From sequence record OR352945.1: a stretch of 64,000 nucleotides of DNA. One strand, given 5' to 3'. Position 1 is the first letter of the stretch, and the number at the start of each line of letters is the position of its first letter. Shown here piece by piece: positions 31,810 through 40,977 of the stretch. This stretch comes from Escherichia phage AV115. Made by a program: the position numbers and the translations under genes. The notes beneath the pieces were generated by a model. It ran no database searches and was not told where the DNA came from. It saw only the letters and a program-made list of their open reading frames with translations.

Positions 31810-32601
31810 ATGGCAATTGTAGGTGTTCCTGGCTGGATTGGTGAATCTGCCGTGAATGAAACTGGACAACGTTGGATGGATGCTGCAATGAAAGCAGTTC
31901 GTGTTTCAGTTCCTGGTTGGATGAGTTCAATGGCTGGGCAATCTAAAGAGATTCATTATAGCATTGGTGCTAGCAATTCTTACAATAAAGACACACTAAT
32001 AAACTGGATAAAAGCCCAAGGAAGCACTCCTGTTGTTATTACTATTACAGGAAATATTGTTTCTCAATCTACCGGTGTTCCATGCTTAGATTTTCCTAGC
32101 TCATTAACTAATGCATATGTTACCTTAAATATTAATAGTGGTGTTCATGTATTAGGTCGGGGAGGAAATGGCGGAAGTAACTCTGCTGGCGGAGCAGGAG
32201 GAACTGCAATAAATAACGGAATTGGAACTCGTTTAAGAATAAACAATAATGGTATTATTGGTGGCGGCGGAGGTGGCGGCGCTGGTGCTAGATACCATCC
32301 TTTCCCTCAAATGGATATGATATTTGGTGGCGGCGGAGGTCGTCCATTTGGCGCAGCTGGCGCAGCAGGAGGTGGCGCAGCGGCAGCATCCGCTGGTACA
32401 ATTTCTGCTCCTGGTAAAGGTACTGTTTCTGGGGTTCACTATGGAGGAAATGGTGGAGATTTGGGAGCTGCTGGCAAATCTTCATATATTCAAGGTGGTA
32501 CTGGAGGAACTGTTCACTCGGGTGGTGCAGCAGGTAAAGCTGTTACTGGTAATGCTCCAACTTGGACTAAAGTTGGTACAATATACGGTTCAAGAGTATA
32601 A
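31810..32601 (+). CDS. 38: tail fibre adhesin gp38 (T2-type, glycine-rich)
   Basis: 263 aa; MAIVGVPGWIGESAVNETGQRWM N-terminus and poly-Gly islands typical of T2-like gp38. Confidence 0.85.
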   Translation: MAIVGVPGWIGESAVNETGQRWMDAAMKAVRVSVPGWMSSMAGQSKEIHYSIGASNSYNKDTLINWIKAQGSTPVVITITGNIVSQSTGVPCLDFPSSLTNAYVTLNINSGVHVLGRGGNGGSNSAGGAGGTAINNGIGTRLRINNNGIIGGGGGGGAGARYHPFPQMDMIFGGGGGRPFGAAGAAGGGAAAASAGTISAPGKGTVSGVHYGGNGGDLGAAGKSSYIQGGTGGTVHSGGAAGKAVTGNAPTWTKVGTIYGSRV

Positions 32602-32606
32602 TTTTG

Positions 32607-32614
32607 AATAAATA
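32607..32614 (+). promoter_or_regulatory. possible late promoter variant (AATAAATA) for holin t
   Basis: One-mismatch late box 18 nt upstream of t start. Confidence 0.3.
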
Positions 32615-32632
32615 TCCTTAAAAGGAGGTATT

Positions 32633-33292
32633 ATGGCAACACCAAAAGTGGCATTTTCACCTAGTGATATTCTATTTGGGTTGCTAGATCGTATTTTCAA
32701 AGATAACGCTACTGGAAAGGTTTTAATGTCCCGAGTAGCGGTAATTATTCTTTTGTTCCTAATGGCACTAATATGGTACAAAGGAAGTATTTTGCTGGAT
32801 TATTATGTAAGAGCTAAGTATGATACTTATACTGAAATAATCCAAAAAGAACGAGCTTTACGTTTTGAATCTGCGGCTCTAGAACAACTGCAAATAGTTC
32901 ATATCTCATCTGGTGCAGATTTTAGTGCTGTGTATTCTTTCAGACCTAAAAACTTAAATTATTTTGTCGACCTTATAGCTTATGAAGGCAAACTACCTAG
33001 CACAATTTCTGAAAAGTCCCTTGGCGGATTCCCGGTGGATAAAACGGCCAATGAATATATAATTCATTTAAGTGGCCGTCATTTCTTATCTAAATCAGAA
33101 TTTGCATTTTTGCCTACAAAATCTAAGACTGCCGAACTTTCTTATATGTATAGTTGTCCATACTTTAATTTGGATAACATCTATGCTGGAACTGTGACGA
33201 TGTATTGGTATAAGGGGAGTAATATACTTGAGGAAGATCGCTTAGCGGCTATATGCAACCAAGCGATCCGAATACTAGGAAGGGCTAAATAA
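32633..33292 (+). CDS. t: holin T
   Basis: 219 aa; near-identical to recalled T4 holin; one N-terminal TM segment. Confidence 0.9.
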   Translation: MATPKVAFSPSDILFGLLDRIFKDNATGKVLMSRVAVIILLFLMALIWYKGSILLDYYVRAKYDTYTEIIQKERALRFESAALEQLQIVHISSGADFSAVYSFRPKNLNYFVDLIAYEGKLPSTISEKSLGGFPVDKTANEYIIHLSGRHFLSKSEFAFLPTKSKTAELSYMYSCPYFNLDNIYAGTVTMYWYKGSNILEEDRLAAICNQAIRILGRAK

Positions 33293-33565
33293 TTAGTTGT
33301 TAGAATACATCGCTAAATGACGATAAATATTTTCAAAACCTTCATTGAATTCACTAATCAGTGTTTTCTTTTCTTCGGCAGTTAAATTTGTAATTAGTTT
33401 TCTGAACGAATTCTGATTTAACTGCCGACCATCTTTTTTAATTCCAATCTCATTCAAGAATCCGATGAAACTTGCTCGGTCTTCAACAATATCTTCCCTA
33501 GAGAATTTAATCAAAATAGAAGCAATAGTAATAATTTCACGTACGATTTCAATGTCTTTATTCAT
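33293..33565 (-). CDS. asiA: anti-sigma70 factor AsiA
   Basis: 90 aa; near-identical to recalled T4 AsiA. Confidence 0.9.
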   Translation of the reverse strand: MNKDIEIVREIITIASILIKFSREDIVEDRASFIGFLNEIGIKKDGRQLNQNSFRKLITNLTAEEKKTLISEFNEGFENIYRHLAMYSNN

Positions 33566-33611
33566 AACGTTTTATTCATTCCACTTAGTTGATATGGATA
33601 TAGTACCATTA

Positions 33612-33773
33612 TCAGTGTTGATTGTAAACGGCTTTTTCTACGCTTTTAACGTAATTGGTGTAGTCTTCCTGTTCGTACGAGTGTAAGGCCAAGAACGGAA
33701 CTAATAGTTCATTATAGACTAAAGCCTCACGCTCACGTTCGGCCTCTACTACGTTCTGAAGATTATGACTCAT
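33612..33773 (-). CDS. hypothetical protein (53 aa)
   Basis: Start moved to ATG 33771-33773 with AAGGA RBS. Confidence 0.4.
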   Translation of the reverse strand: MSHNLQNVVEAEREREALVYNELLVPFLALHSYEQEDYTNYVKSVEKAVYNQH

Positions 33774-34062
33774 ATTGTTCCTTATAACTATCAATATAGT
33801 CCTGTATGTCGAAGAACGATATTTCATATTCTAGGGCATTAAGAGCCTGTTCTTCGGTGTAGTCAGAACCAAATACAATAGTGATTTCACCTGGTTTAGA
33901 ATGACTGAAATCAACACTAAACTCAATTCTAGAGCAGACTTCATCTTCCATATCTATGATAACACTACGATACACTTCTCGGTTAACCTGATAAAGCTCT
34001 GCAAGTTCTTCACAACGAATAACAAGTTCAGTGGCAGGATTTTCTTTGATTTTAGTAAGCAT
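33763..34062 (-). CDS. hypothetical protein (99 aa)
   Basis: Internal ATG at 34060-34062 chosen; upstream part of track ORF overlaps neighbour. Confidence 0.4.
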   Translation of the reverse strand: MLTKIKENPATELVIRCEELAELYQVNREVYRSVIIDMEDEVCSRIEFSVDFSHSKPGEITIVFGSDYTEEQALNALEYEISFFDIQDYIDSYKEQYES

Positions 34063-34145
34063 AGTCTTTACCCTTATGTTTTTGTTTACGTTTAGATTGA
34101 AGTTCTGATTTCTTTTTGTCCTTATGGACGGAAGCCTTATTGAAA

Positions 34146-34364
34146 TCATGTTTTGCTACAAGATTGTTCATAATGCTTTATAACCTCGTTTAAACATTTA
34201 TCGGTAAAAGAAAACTTTTTAGCCACAGAACATTCGATAATGTGCTCTTTCAAATCTTTAGAGTCGGTATATCCCATCTCAGTAATAAAGTGGCGAATTA
34301 AAGCTTTATTCTTATCATTAACAGAATTAAAATAATCTGCTTTAGAATCAATTATTCTCATCAT
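34146..34364 (-). CDS. hypothetical protein (72 aa)
   Basis: ORF in asiA-motA interval. Confidence 0.4.
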   Translation of the reverse strand: MMRIIDSKADYFNSVNDKNKALIRHFITEMGYTDSKDLKEHIIECSVAKKFSFTDKCLNEVIKHYEQSCSKT

Positions 34365-34629
34365 CTAATTTCCTTAATTGATATTGCAACGAGCTAATAA
34401 TTTCTTCGTTCATTTTAATATACATGTCACGCAAGAAAGGTTTTAACCCATCACGAATAATTGCTAACGTATCACCTTTACATAAATTAACCAAATAAGG
34501 ATGGTCTAAAGCGTCCCAACCAGGCTGATTAGCATACATACCATAGTTTTCTTCCATCATATGATTAAGACGTTTGATATCTTGGATACGTGATTCAATA
34601 GCATCTTTCTGGAGTTGTTTAATATTCAT
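34348..34629 (-). CDS. hypothetical protein (93 aa)
   Basis: ORF in asiA-motA interval. Confidence 0.45.
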   Translation of the reverse strand: MNIKQLQKDAIESRIQDIKRLNHMMEENYGMYANQPGWDALDHPYLVNLCKGDTLAIIRDGLKPFLRDMYIKMNEEIISSLQYQLRKLDDENN

Positions 34630-35090
34630 TAATAAAGGTCCTCTGAATAAAGTTCTTTCTCACTTCCACCACGTTCAATACGTACCTGTCCAGCATACGT
34701 TGCAATAATCATTGCTTCTTCACGCGTCCAGTAATTAGAGTATTGGTCAATAAAGCCTTGGTCGTCACCACAAACTTGTTGCGAGACTAATTGAGGACCA
34801 ACTATATCAAGTACTTCAGCCATATCTTTAGAGTAATGACGAACTCCAGGAATAACTAGAGTTCCACCACTCTTCAATTTAAACCTATTAGCCGCACATA
34901 CTATAACACGTTGAACTTTTTGGTCATTATTCCAATAGCACGTTTGCCAACAGATTTCAGGAACTTCATTCATTATATCATCAGCAGAATAATTATAACC
35001 GTAGGACTGGAATTTTTCTGCTAGACTTTCAGGAGTCTCACGAGACAAGGCCAAATCTAATAGCTCTAAACGTTCTTTAAATGATTTCAT
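34629..35090 (-). CDS. hypothetical protein (153 aa)
   Basis: ORF in asiA-motA interval. Confidence 0.45.
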   Translation of the reverse strand: MKSFKERLELLDLALSRETPESLAEKFQSYGYNYSADDIMNEVPEICWQTCYWNNDQKVQRVIVCAANRFKLKSGGTLVIPGVRHYSKDMAEVLDIVGPQLVSQQVCGDDQGFIDQYSNYWTREEAMIIATYAGQVRIERGGSEKELYSEDLY

Positions 35091-35416
35091 TTAAACCATT
35101 CCTTAATACGTTGCCAAATAGATTTTTGTGCTTGTTTATTTACACCAATCGAACGAATAATCGGTTGTGACTGCTGATATTCTTTATAATCTTCTTTATA
35201 GATTTCGTAAGCTGCATCAACAAATGAACTGATCGCTGCCATGTAGTTTTTACGAAGGCCAAATGAAGCGTCATTATTTTCACGAATAACCGTATATTGG
35301 CCTGCTTTAATCTTTACAATTGTCCCTAAATAAGCCCCGTGGTACCAAATATCCCATCCTTCCTGAGTAGGTTCTGCACATTTACGAAGTTCGTTAATAA
35401 TATTCAGCTTATTCAT
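35087..35416 (-). CDS. hypothetical protein (109 aa)
   Basis: ORF immediately downstream of motA. Confidence 0.45.
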   Translation of the reverse strand: MNKLNIINELRKCAEPTQEGWDIWYHGAYLGTIVKIKAGQYTVIRENNDASFGLRKNYMAAISSFVDAAYEIYKEDYKEYQQSQPIIRSIGVNKQAQKSIWQRIKEWFK

Positions 35417-35426
35417 TATATATTCC

Positions 35427-36059
35427 TCACAGTACGTTAGTTACAAGGGTAATGATTTCTTTGGACACATTAGGGAAGTCAATGTAAGTATATTTACCAC
35501 CGATCTTAATCTTAACATCATTTTCAAGAGAAGTAAACAGCTTTGATTCAGTTTCTGACATGTTGTATGCAAAGATTCTAAGAGCGCCATCTCGTCGAAT
35601 TTCAATTTGGCGAATGCCTAGAACTCGTTTAGCGAATCGAACTTCCAAGTTACTACGGTTTTCACCAATTTCTTTAACTTCAACTTTATCTTTAATATTT
35701 TCAAAAACAAAGTTTGCTAATTCATGCATTTCAGGAGTAACTCCACGTGCTTTTCTAGTGTTACGTTTCTGAAGAAGTTCTGGAGCATTTTCTTGGGCAA
35801 AGAGGTCTGCAGCTTTTTGGATAATATCCATTGCTTCGCCTGTTGCTATAAGTCCATCACCAGATTTTTCGACTAAACCTTTCTTAATCAATACACCAAT
35901 GTTAGAGTTAACAACCGATGCATTGTATTCCGCTTCCAGGGCTTCACGGACATTGGCAGCAGTGGTGAAGTTGTTCTTAATGATATAAACCATTATTGCA
36001 GCAGTTTTTTCATTCAGAGCGTTTTCAGAAGCTTTGATGATGTAAGTAACTTTAGACAT
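35427..36059 (-). CDS. motA: middle transcription activator MotA
   Basis: 210 aa; N-terminal half near-identical to recalled T4 MotA. Confidence 0.85.
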   Translation of the reverse strand: MSKVTYIIKASENALNEKTAAIMVYIIKNNFTTAANVREALEAEYNASVVNSNIGVLIKKGLVEKSGDGLIATGEAMDIIQKAADLFAQENAPELLQKRNTRKARGVTPEMHELANFVFENIKDKVEVKEIGENRSNLEVRFAKRVLGIRQIEIRRDGALRIFAYNMSETESKLFTSLENDVKIKIGGKYTYIDFPNVSKEIITLVTNVL

Positions 36060-36094
36060 TTTATTTCTCCAATTTGGTTGTTTTGTTTTGATAG

Positions 36095-36128
36095 GTCTAT
36101 AATATCATGTTTGAAGCATATGTAAACT
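36095..36128 (-). promoter_or_regulatory. T4-type early promoter for motA
   Basis: Minus strand GTTTAC, 17 nt, TATTAT. Confidence 0.55.
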
Positions 36129-36152
36129 GTTTTGTGAGAAAAATGCACAAAA

Positions 36153-36168
36153 GGGAGCCGAAGCTCCC
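36153..36168 (-). terminator. UUCG hairpin downstream of gene 52
   Basis: GGGAGC-UUCG-GCUCCC on minus transcript. Confidence 0.45.
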
Positions 36169-36244
36169 TAATCATGTTTGTCCAACCAATACAGCCAAAT
36201 CACTAGTGCAGCTATTGCGCCGAGAAATCCTAAGGCTATGGCAC

Positions 36245-37570
36245 TCAAAGTGCCTCCAAGTCTTTAGTGTACTCTGTCACAACATCAGTAGACTTCCAAT
36301 ACTCATTTTCTTCTTTCTTAGCTTTAGCTTCTTCTGCTAGTTTACGTGCTTCATCGGAAGTGATATGGAAGATGTTAAGACCTACCAGTTTATCGACATG
36401 TTCTTTATACATTTCGATTTGTGCGAGCTCTTCAGTCAAAGCTTTACGAGTCTTGCCCTGAATCACAATTTCGCCGTTGATAACTTTTTTGATGAAGTGT
36501 GCCTTAGCAAAAGCCAGTTTAAATGCTTTTTCAGATTCAAGGATTTTGTTGTCAATACGTTTCTGAACGTAAGTCTTACGGACTTCAACAAAATCTTTGA
36601 TTAAGTCCACTACGTTATCGTAGACAGCTAATTTACCCTTTTCATTAATCACTGTGATGTTTTGTGAACGACGTTCGATGAGACTAAAATCTTTCATGAT
36701 TTTTTCATGACGTAGCTCTTCATCATCAGGAAGCGAGTACTCTTTACGGAACTTCACCTTAAACCCAAAGCCGTGTTCACCGCAATCATCTTCCCATGAG
36801 ATTAGACCTTTGTCTTCCAACGGGTCAAGAACCTTACTCACATACGTTTCACGGTCGAATTTATATGGGATTTCAGTTATCTGCATTTGAGTGCGAGATG
36901 TGAACTTATATGTTCCGCGAATCTCATAACGCCCATCAACTTCATGTACTTCACCACGGAATTCCGGGAATTCAACTTTTGGCTTAGTGACATTTTTACC
37001 TTGAAGAGCTTGTAATACAGCCTTTTTGACTGATTTAAAACTATGAGGCAGAATATTTGTTGCGTAACCGGTTGCAATACCAGAGACGCCATTCAAAAGA
37101 ACTGTCGGAATAATAGGAAGATAGAATTTTGGCGGAATGTGTTCTTTATCTTCATGAGCTGGAGCATATTCAGTATCTTTATATACGTTATAGAAATTTT
37201 TACTTACACGAGCAAAAATATAACGAGATGCTGCAGCTTTTTGGACTGTTCTAGAACCAAAGTTGCCTTGGCCATCTAACAGTGGATAGTTGTTGTTCCA
37301 TGTGTTAGCCATTAATGCACCTGCATCTTGTGCGGAAGATTCACCATGGTGATAACCTAAATCTGCAACACCGCCTGCAATTGACGCAAGTTTATGAAAT
37401 TTTTCTTTATTACCACGAGCCAAATCTAACGCACGATGAACCACAAAACGTTGAACCGGCTTAAATCCATCAATCATGTTTGGGATTGCACGGTTTTCAA
37501 CGGTGTACATCGCATATGCTAAGGCTTCGTTATCAATAATACTTTTTAGATTACGAGAATTCAATTGCAT
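36245..37570 (-). CDS. 52: DNA topoisomerase II medium subunit gp52
   Basis: 441 aa; GyrA-like N-terminal region with catalytic-Tyr context. Confidence 0.9.
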   Translation of the reverse strand: MQLNSRNLKSIIDNEALAYAMYTVENRAIPNMIDGFKPVQRFVVHRALDLARGNKEKFHKLASIAGGVADLGYHHGESSAQDAGALMANTWNNNYPLLDGQGNFGSRTVQKAAASRYIFARVSKNFYNVYKDTEYAPAHEDKEHIPPKFYLPIIPTVLLNGVSGIATGYATNILPHSFKSVKKAVLQALQGKNVTKPKVEFPEFRGEVHEVDGRYEIRGTYKFTSRTQMQITEIPYKFDRETYVSKVLDPLEDKGLISWEDDCGEHGFGFKVKFRKEYSLPDDEELRHEKIMKDFSLIERRSQNITVINEKGKLAVYDNVVDLIKDFVEVRKTYVQKRIDNKILESEKAFKLAFAKAHFIKKVINGEIVIQGKTRKALTEELAQIEMYKEHVDKLVGLNIFHITSDEARKLAEEAKAKKEENEYWKSTDVVTEYTKDLEAL

Positions 37571-37574
37571 ATTT

Positions 37575-37715
37575 TCACCATATTAATGAACGAATATCCA
37601 TTATAACATCTGAAATGAAAAGCACTACTTGGATTAGTCCAAACATCACACCATAGTACAGAACCGTAAGCAACAACAAGAGCCCGAAGGCTCCTGCTAA
37701 GATTTTCTTAATCAT
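37575..37715 (-). CDS. small hydrophobic peptide (46 aa)
   Basis: ATG 37713-37715 overlaps upstream stop (TAATG); predicted single TM helix. Confidence 0.3.
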   Translation of the reverse strand: MIKKILAGAFGLLLLLTVLYYGVMFGLIQVVLFISDVIMDIRSLIW

Positions 37716-37861
37716 TACTCGCCTTTTAACACGTTAAGAAGAGCTAAGACCGCTAAGGTACCTTGTGATACGGCCTGTTGAAATACTGTTGTTTCGCCTG
37801 TAACTAAAGTGCTAACGAATAAAAATGTCCAACACAGCAATGCAACAATCCATGCTATCAT
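37715..37861 (-). CDS. small hydrophobic peptide (48 aa)
   Basis: ATG 37859-37861 with GAGGT RBS; predicted TM helix. Confidence 0.35.
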   Translation of the reverse strand: MIAWIVALLCWTFLFVSTLVTGETTVFQQAVSQGTLAVLALLNVLKGE

Positions 37862-37913
37862 TTTAATTACCTCAAAAATAAATTAAAGGCCTATTAAGCT
37901 AGGCCTATATAAA

Positions 37914-38360
37914 TTAGTAACTCTGCAGAATGAATTTGAAATTATCTGCCAGAAGACGGTTCATTTCAGTGAGTGTTTGATATTCTGATGTATGGTTGCG
38001 AGTGAATGCCAGAGCCAATTGTCCTTTACCGTAACCAGTAGTCAGGGGTTTCATGTTCTTAGCTGCAACAAAGATTACATCATATTCAATATTGTTAGTG
38101 CCCATAGTACGGCCTAGTTGCGAACGGCCTTGACGAATATGAGAAAGAATTGCATCCAACCCTTGTTTAGAACGTTGACGTCCTACAAAGAATCGTGCTG
38201 CTACTTGTCGCCAATCAGATGAACCTTTAACAAAGAAGTAAAAACCTTCACGAGAACGAAACTCTTTAGAAACTTCGGAACCATATTCACCATTACGAAC
38301 TACTGCAACAACTTCACCACCAACTGCCAGAAGGTCTTTACGAGTTAAATATTTGGACAT
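37914..38360 (-). CDS. ndd: nucleoid disruption protein Ndd
   Basis: 148 aa; C-terminal half near-identical to recalled T4 Ndd. Confidence 0.85.
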   Translation of the reverse strand: MSKYLTRKDLLAVGGEVVAVVRNGEYGSEVSKEFRSREGFYFFVKGSSDWRQVAARFFVGRQRSKQGLDAILSHIRQGRSQLGRTMGTNNIEYDVIFVAAKNMKPLTTGYGKGQLALAFTRNHTSEYQTLTEMNRLLADNFKFILQSY

Positions 38361-38436
38361 ACTAATTTCCTCAATTGATTAATGTTTTTGTAATCCATGA
38401 GAGCATTATACTCTGCTCTCAAGAGTTTGTACAATT

Positions 38437-38637
38437 TTATTCGGTTATATCAGAACGTTCAAAAAGCTCTTCAACAGTTAAACATTCAGTGTCATCTTCA
38501 ATAAAGAATCGAGTCCAACACGTTGGGGCGATGCAGTTGTGAGTTTGTCCGGCTATAGAAGCTACACGAATAAGTTGCTGACCATTATTCAGGACAAATT
38601 TTTCACCAATTTCAACATCTTTAAAAAGCTTAGCCAT
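38437..38637 (-). CDS. hypothetical protein (66 aa)
   Basis: ORF downstream of early promoter at 38660-38696. Confidence 0.4.
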   Translation of the reverse strand: MAKLFKDVEIGEKFVLNNGQQLIRVASIAGQTHNCIAPTCWTRFFIEDDTECLTVEELFERSDITE

Positions 38638-38659
38638 TTTGTGTTCCTCATGTTTCAGT

Positions 38660-38696
38660 AGGACTACTATACCATAATCCTACCGTGATGTAAACA
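38660..38696 (-). promoter_or_regulatory. T4-type early promoter
   Basis: Minus strand GTTTAC, 18 nt, TATAGT. Confidence 0.5.
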
Positions 38697-38887
38697 ATTA
38701 AATTACATTAAAATATGTTAAAGCCAACCATGTTCCAGTGAACGAACATGCAATGTAAAAACCAGTATCACAAATTGTTCTTAGTACAATAAGAAGTGCA
38801 TTTTTCATAAGTACCTCAATGCAATTGAAAATATTATACAAATCATAGGGATACTAAGCAACCATATTCCGATCCACATTTTAGAGC

Positions 38888-39151
38888 TCATATCTCAACT
38901 TCCGCGAGTTCCATATATCCTTTGTTGATAACCTCTTTAAGGTCTTTAGAAAGAATAACACCAAAATGGTCGTTCATATGTCCATTAACTAAACGAGTTA
39001 TTTCGGCTTCAGATGACATATAAGGCACGTCTGAGTCCCAATGAGATAGTCCCAAATGGGTATAAATCATCCCTTCGTCATCTGCAGTGTTGTACATTGA
39101 AACAAATTCGCCTGTTACTTTATGTTTTGCGTAGAAAAATTTAAATTTCAT
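38888..39151 (-). CDS. hypothetical protein (87 aa)
   Basis: ORF downstream of early promoter at 39172-39208. Confidence 0.4.
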   Translation of the reverse strand: MKFKFFYAKHKVTGEFVSMYNTADDEGMIYTHLGLSHWDSDVPYMSSEAEITRLVNGHMNDHFGVILSKDLKEVINKGYMELAEVEI

Positions 39152-39171
39152 GATGTTATCCTCTTTTAGAT

Positions 39172-39208
39172 AGGACTACTATATCATAGTCCTACTTAGT
39201 TGTAAACA
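39172..39208 (-). promoter_or_regulatory. T4-type early promoter
   Basis: Minus strand GTTTAC, 18 nt, TATAGT. Confidence 0.5.
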
Positions 39209-39219
39209 CTTTTATGAAA

Positions 39220-39840
39220 TTAAAGATGAAGATACCACCCGTTGTAGTTGCTCTTGCGGACGATTTTCTTTAGGTCTTCATGGTCTCCCACGAACTTTAT
39301 AGAATAAGAGAAGACGTCAGGTGAGGTTTCTTTGACATCTAATATAATAATGCAATCTGCGACTCGATGATTCAAGAAGGGCCCTATATTGATTCCATTA
39401 CCACCCGGATAATCACCACTGTATCCTGTGGTAACCGAAATCCATTTAGAATCTATCTGGTGCGTCTTGACTTCGACACGCAACCCGCAGTATTTAGGAT
39501 GAGCTAAAACGTCCCATGCATACGTGTACGGGTCTTCTACGTCTTCATTACCTTTATTAACATATCCGTCTAGCCAATTTGCTACTACATACTCTGCAAA
39601 GACTGCAACCTTACAACGTCGAACAACGTCTTCTTTTATTTGACCTGGATCTTGTTTCAACGAGTACCGAGCAGTATCAGCGATCTTAACCTTCATTTCG
39701 CTAGTCAAAAACTCATTCGACAGGATAAATGTCGGAAGACTCTTCAGCCTCAACAGCCCCAAGTTCGTCTTTACCATAGATACCTCTGATGTGTAGTTCG
39801 CCAAAATAAATGCGGTCACCTTCTTCAAGATATTCTGCAT
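39220..39840 (-). CDS. hypothetical protein (start uncertain, 158-206 aa); positional candidate for denB
   Basis: Long ORF between ndd cluster and rIIB; N-terminal part overlaps next ORF. Confidence 0.4.
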   Translation of the reverse strand: MQNILKKVTAFILANYTSEVSMVKTNLGLLRLKSLPTFILSNEFLTSEMKVKIADTARYSLKQDPGQIKEDVVRRCKVAVFAEYVVANWLDGYVNKGNEDVEDPYTYAWDVLAHPKYCGLRVEVKTHQIDSKWISVTTGYSGDYPGGNGINIGPFLNHRVADCIIILDVKETSPDVFSYSIKFVGDHEDLKKIVRKSNYNGWYLHL

Positions 39841-40000
39841 CTACCGGCGGAATTTCATTAACAACTTCGTCGCATTCTAACCAGCCGTAGTGTGCATCGC
39901 CCGGGTGTTTTACCAATTTAGCACAATAAACTGATTTACACTTATGATGACCACGAAGATTAGCAATTTTGGATTCTGATACGTCAAATGGATGAATCAT
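39713..40000 (-). CDS. hypothetical protein (95 aa)
   Basis: ORF just downstream of rIIB. Confidence 0.35.
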   Translation of the reverse strand: MIHPFDVSESKIANLRGHHKCKSVYCAKLVKHPGDAHYGWLECDEVVNEIPPVDAEYLEEGDRIYFGELHIRGIYGKDELGAVEAEESSDIYPVE

Positions 40001-40021
40001 AATTACCCCTAAAGAAAAAAA

Positions 40022-40035
40022 GGGACCGAAGTCCC
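40022..40035 (-). terminator. terminator hairpin after rIIB
   Basis: GGGAC-UUCG-GUCCC then U-rich tract on minus transcript. Confidence 0.5.
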
Positions 40036-40041
40036 CAATTA

Positions 40042-40968
40042 TTATTCTGCAAATAATTCAGTAACGTCTGAAATTACTTCATAACGACAAGTACGCATCT
40101 TAGCATCACCATAGTCAACTGGGATGGATACAACATCACGTGGATGAACTTTAACTTTCACAACTTTATCTGAGCTTGAACCAAAGTGGCGAATATAAGA
40201 TTTAGCACAAACGTGGAGACCGCGAGAACAGGTTTGAGTATCATCGTCGTTAACTCGAGTACGAGGCATTGAAACAACTTTACCTGGGGAGTTATCAAAT
40301 GTACCACTATAGCAGTCTAAATAGTCCTTACGAACTACTTTCCACGCATAGAAATGACCATCTTCAGTGATTTCAATATCGTTTGCAACCAAGAAGTCGA
40401 ATAAACGTTGTACAGCTTTTTCACTCGGGTTTTCTAACAGGTTTTCAAGGAATGGCAGATAGAATTTAAAGTCTTCACCTTTTTCCATGGAATCAATAAT
40501 ACGGTTAACCAGCCCTGAACGAATCTCTATACCTTGATAAAATAAACTACCACCTTCAATAGTAACATTACCATCAACAAACTTAGTAATAGCTTTCTTG
40601 ATGTTAATAAGTTCGACAGCTTTACTAAGGTTTCCTGCGACCAAATTAGCTTTAATTTCTTCAAAATTTGCATGACTTGATGGGGTCGCATTGTATGCTA
40701 CGCGTCCTTCAATGATTGAAATAAATTTAGATGACGCATTCCATACGATTTCTGGACGATGACCTGTAATAATAGGTTCATCATTTTTCGGAACTTCTTC
40801 AACTTTAGAAGTCTCATCTTCGTCTTTAAAATTCTTAACAATCTTACGAAGAGTGTCAGTGGAAATATTGAAGTAATCAGCAATTTCCCGACGGGTCCAT
40901 TGACCTGATTCAACCAGTCTGTAAGCTTCTAACTGTTCTTCTTTAGACAAGCATTTAATATTGTACAT
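40042..40968 (-). CDS. rIIB: rapid-lysis / RexAB-exclusion protector rIIB
   Basis: 308 aa; C-terminal two thirds near-identical to recalled T4 rIIB. Confidence 0.9.
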   Translation of the reverse strand: MYNIKCLSKEEQLEAYRLVESGQWTRREIADYFNISTDTLRKIVKNFKDEDETSKVEEVPKNDEPIITGHRPEIVWNASSKFISIIEGRVAYNATPSSHANFEEIKANLVAGNLSKAVELINIKKAITKFVDGNVTIEGGSLFYQGIEIRSGLVNRIIDSMEKGEDFKFYLPFLENLLENPSEKAVQRLFDFLVANDIEITEDGHFYAWKVVRKDYLDCYSGTFDNSPGKVVSMPRTRVNDDDTQTCSRGLHVCAKSYIRHFGSSSDKVVKVKVHPRDVVSIPVDYGDAKMRTCRYEVISDVTELFAE

Positions 40969-40977
40969 AATGTTTCC

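Noticed and set aside
32233-32611. Three overlapping ORFs (both strands) inside gene 38 with repetitive GGC/GCG DNA, superficially repeat-like
   Set aside because: They lie in the poly-glycine coding region of gp38; the repeats are codon repeats, not CRISPR or tandem non-coding repeats.
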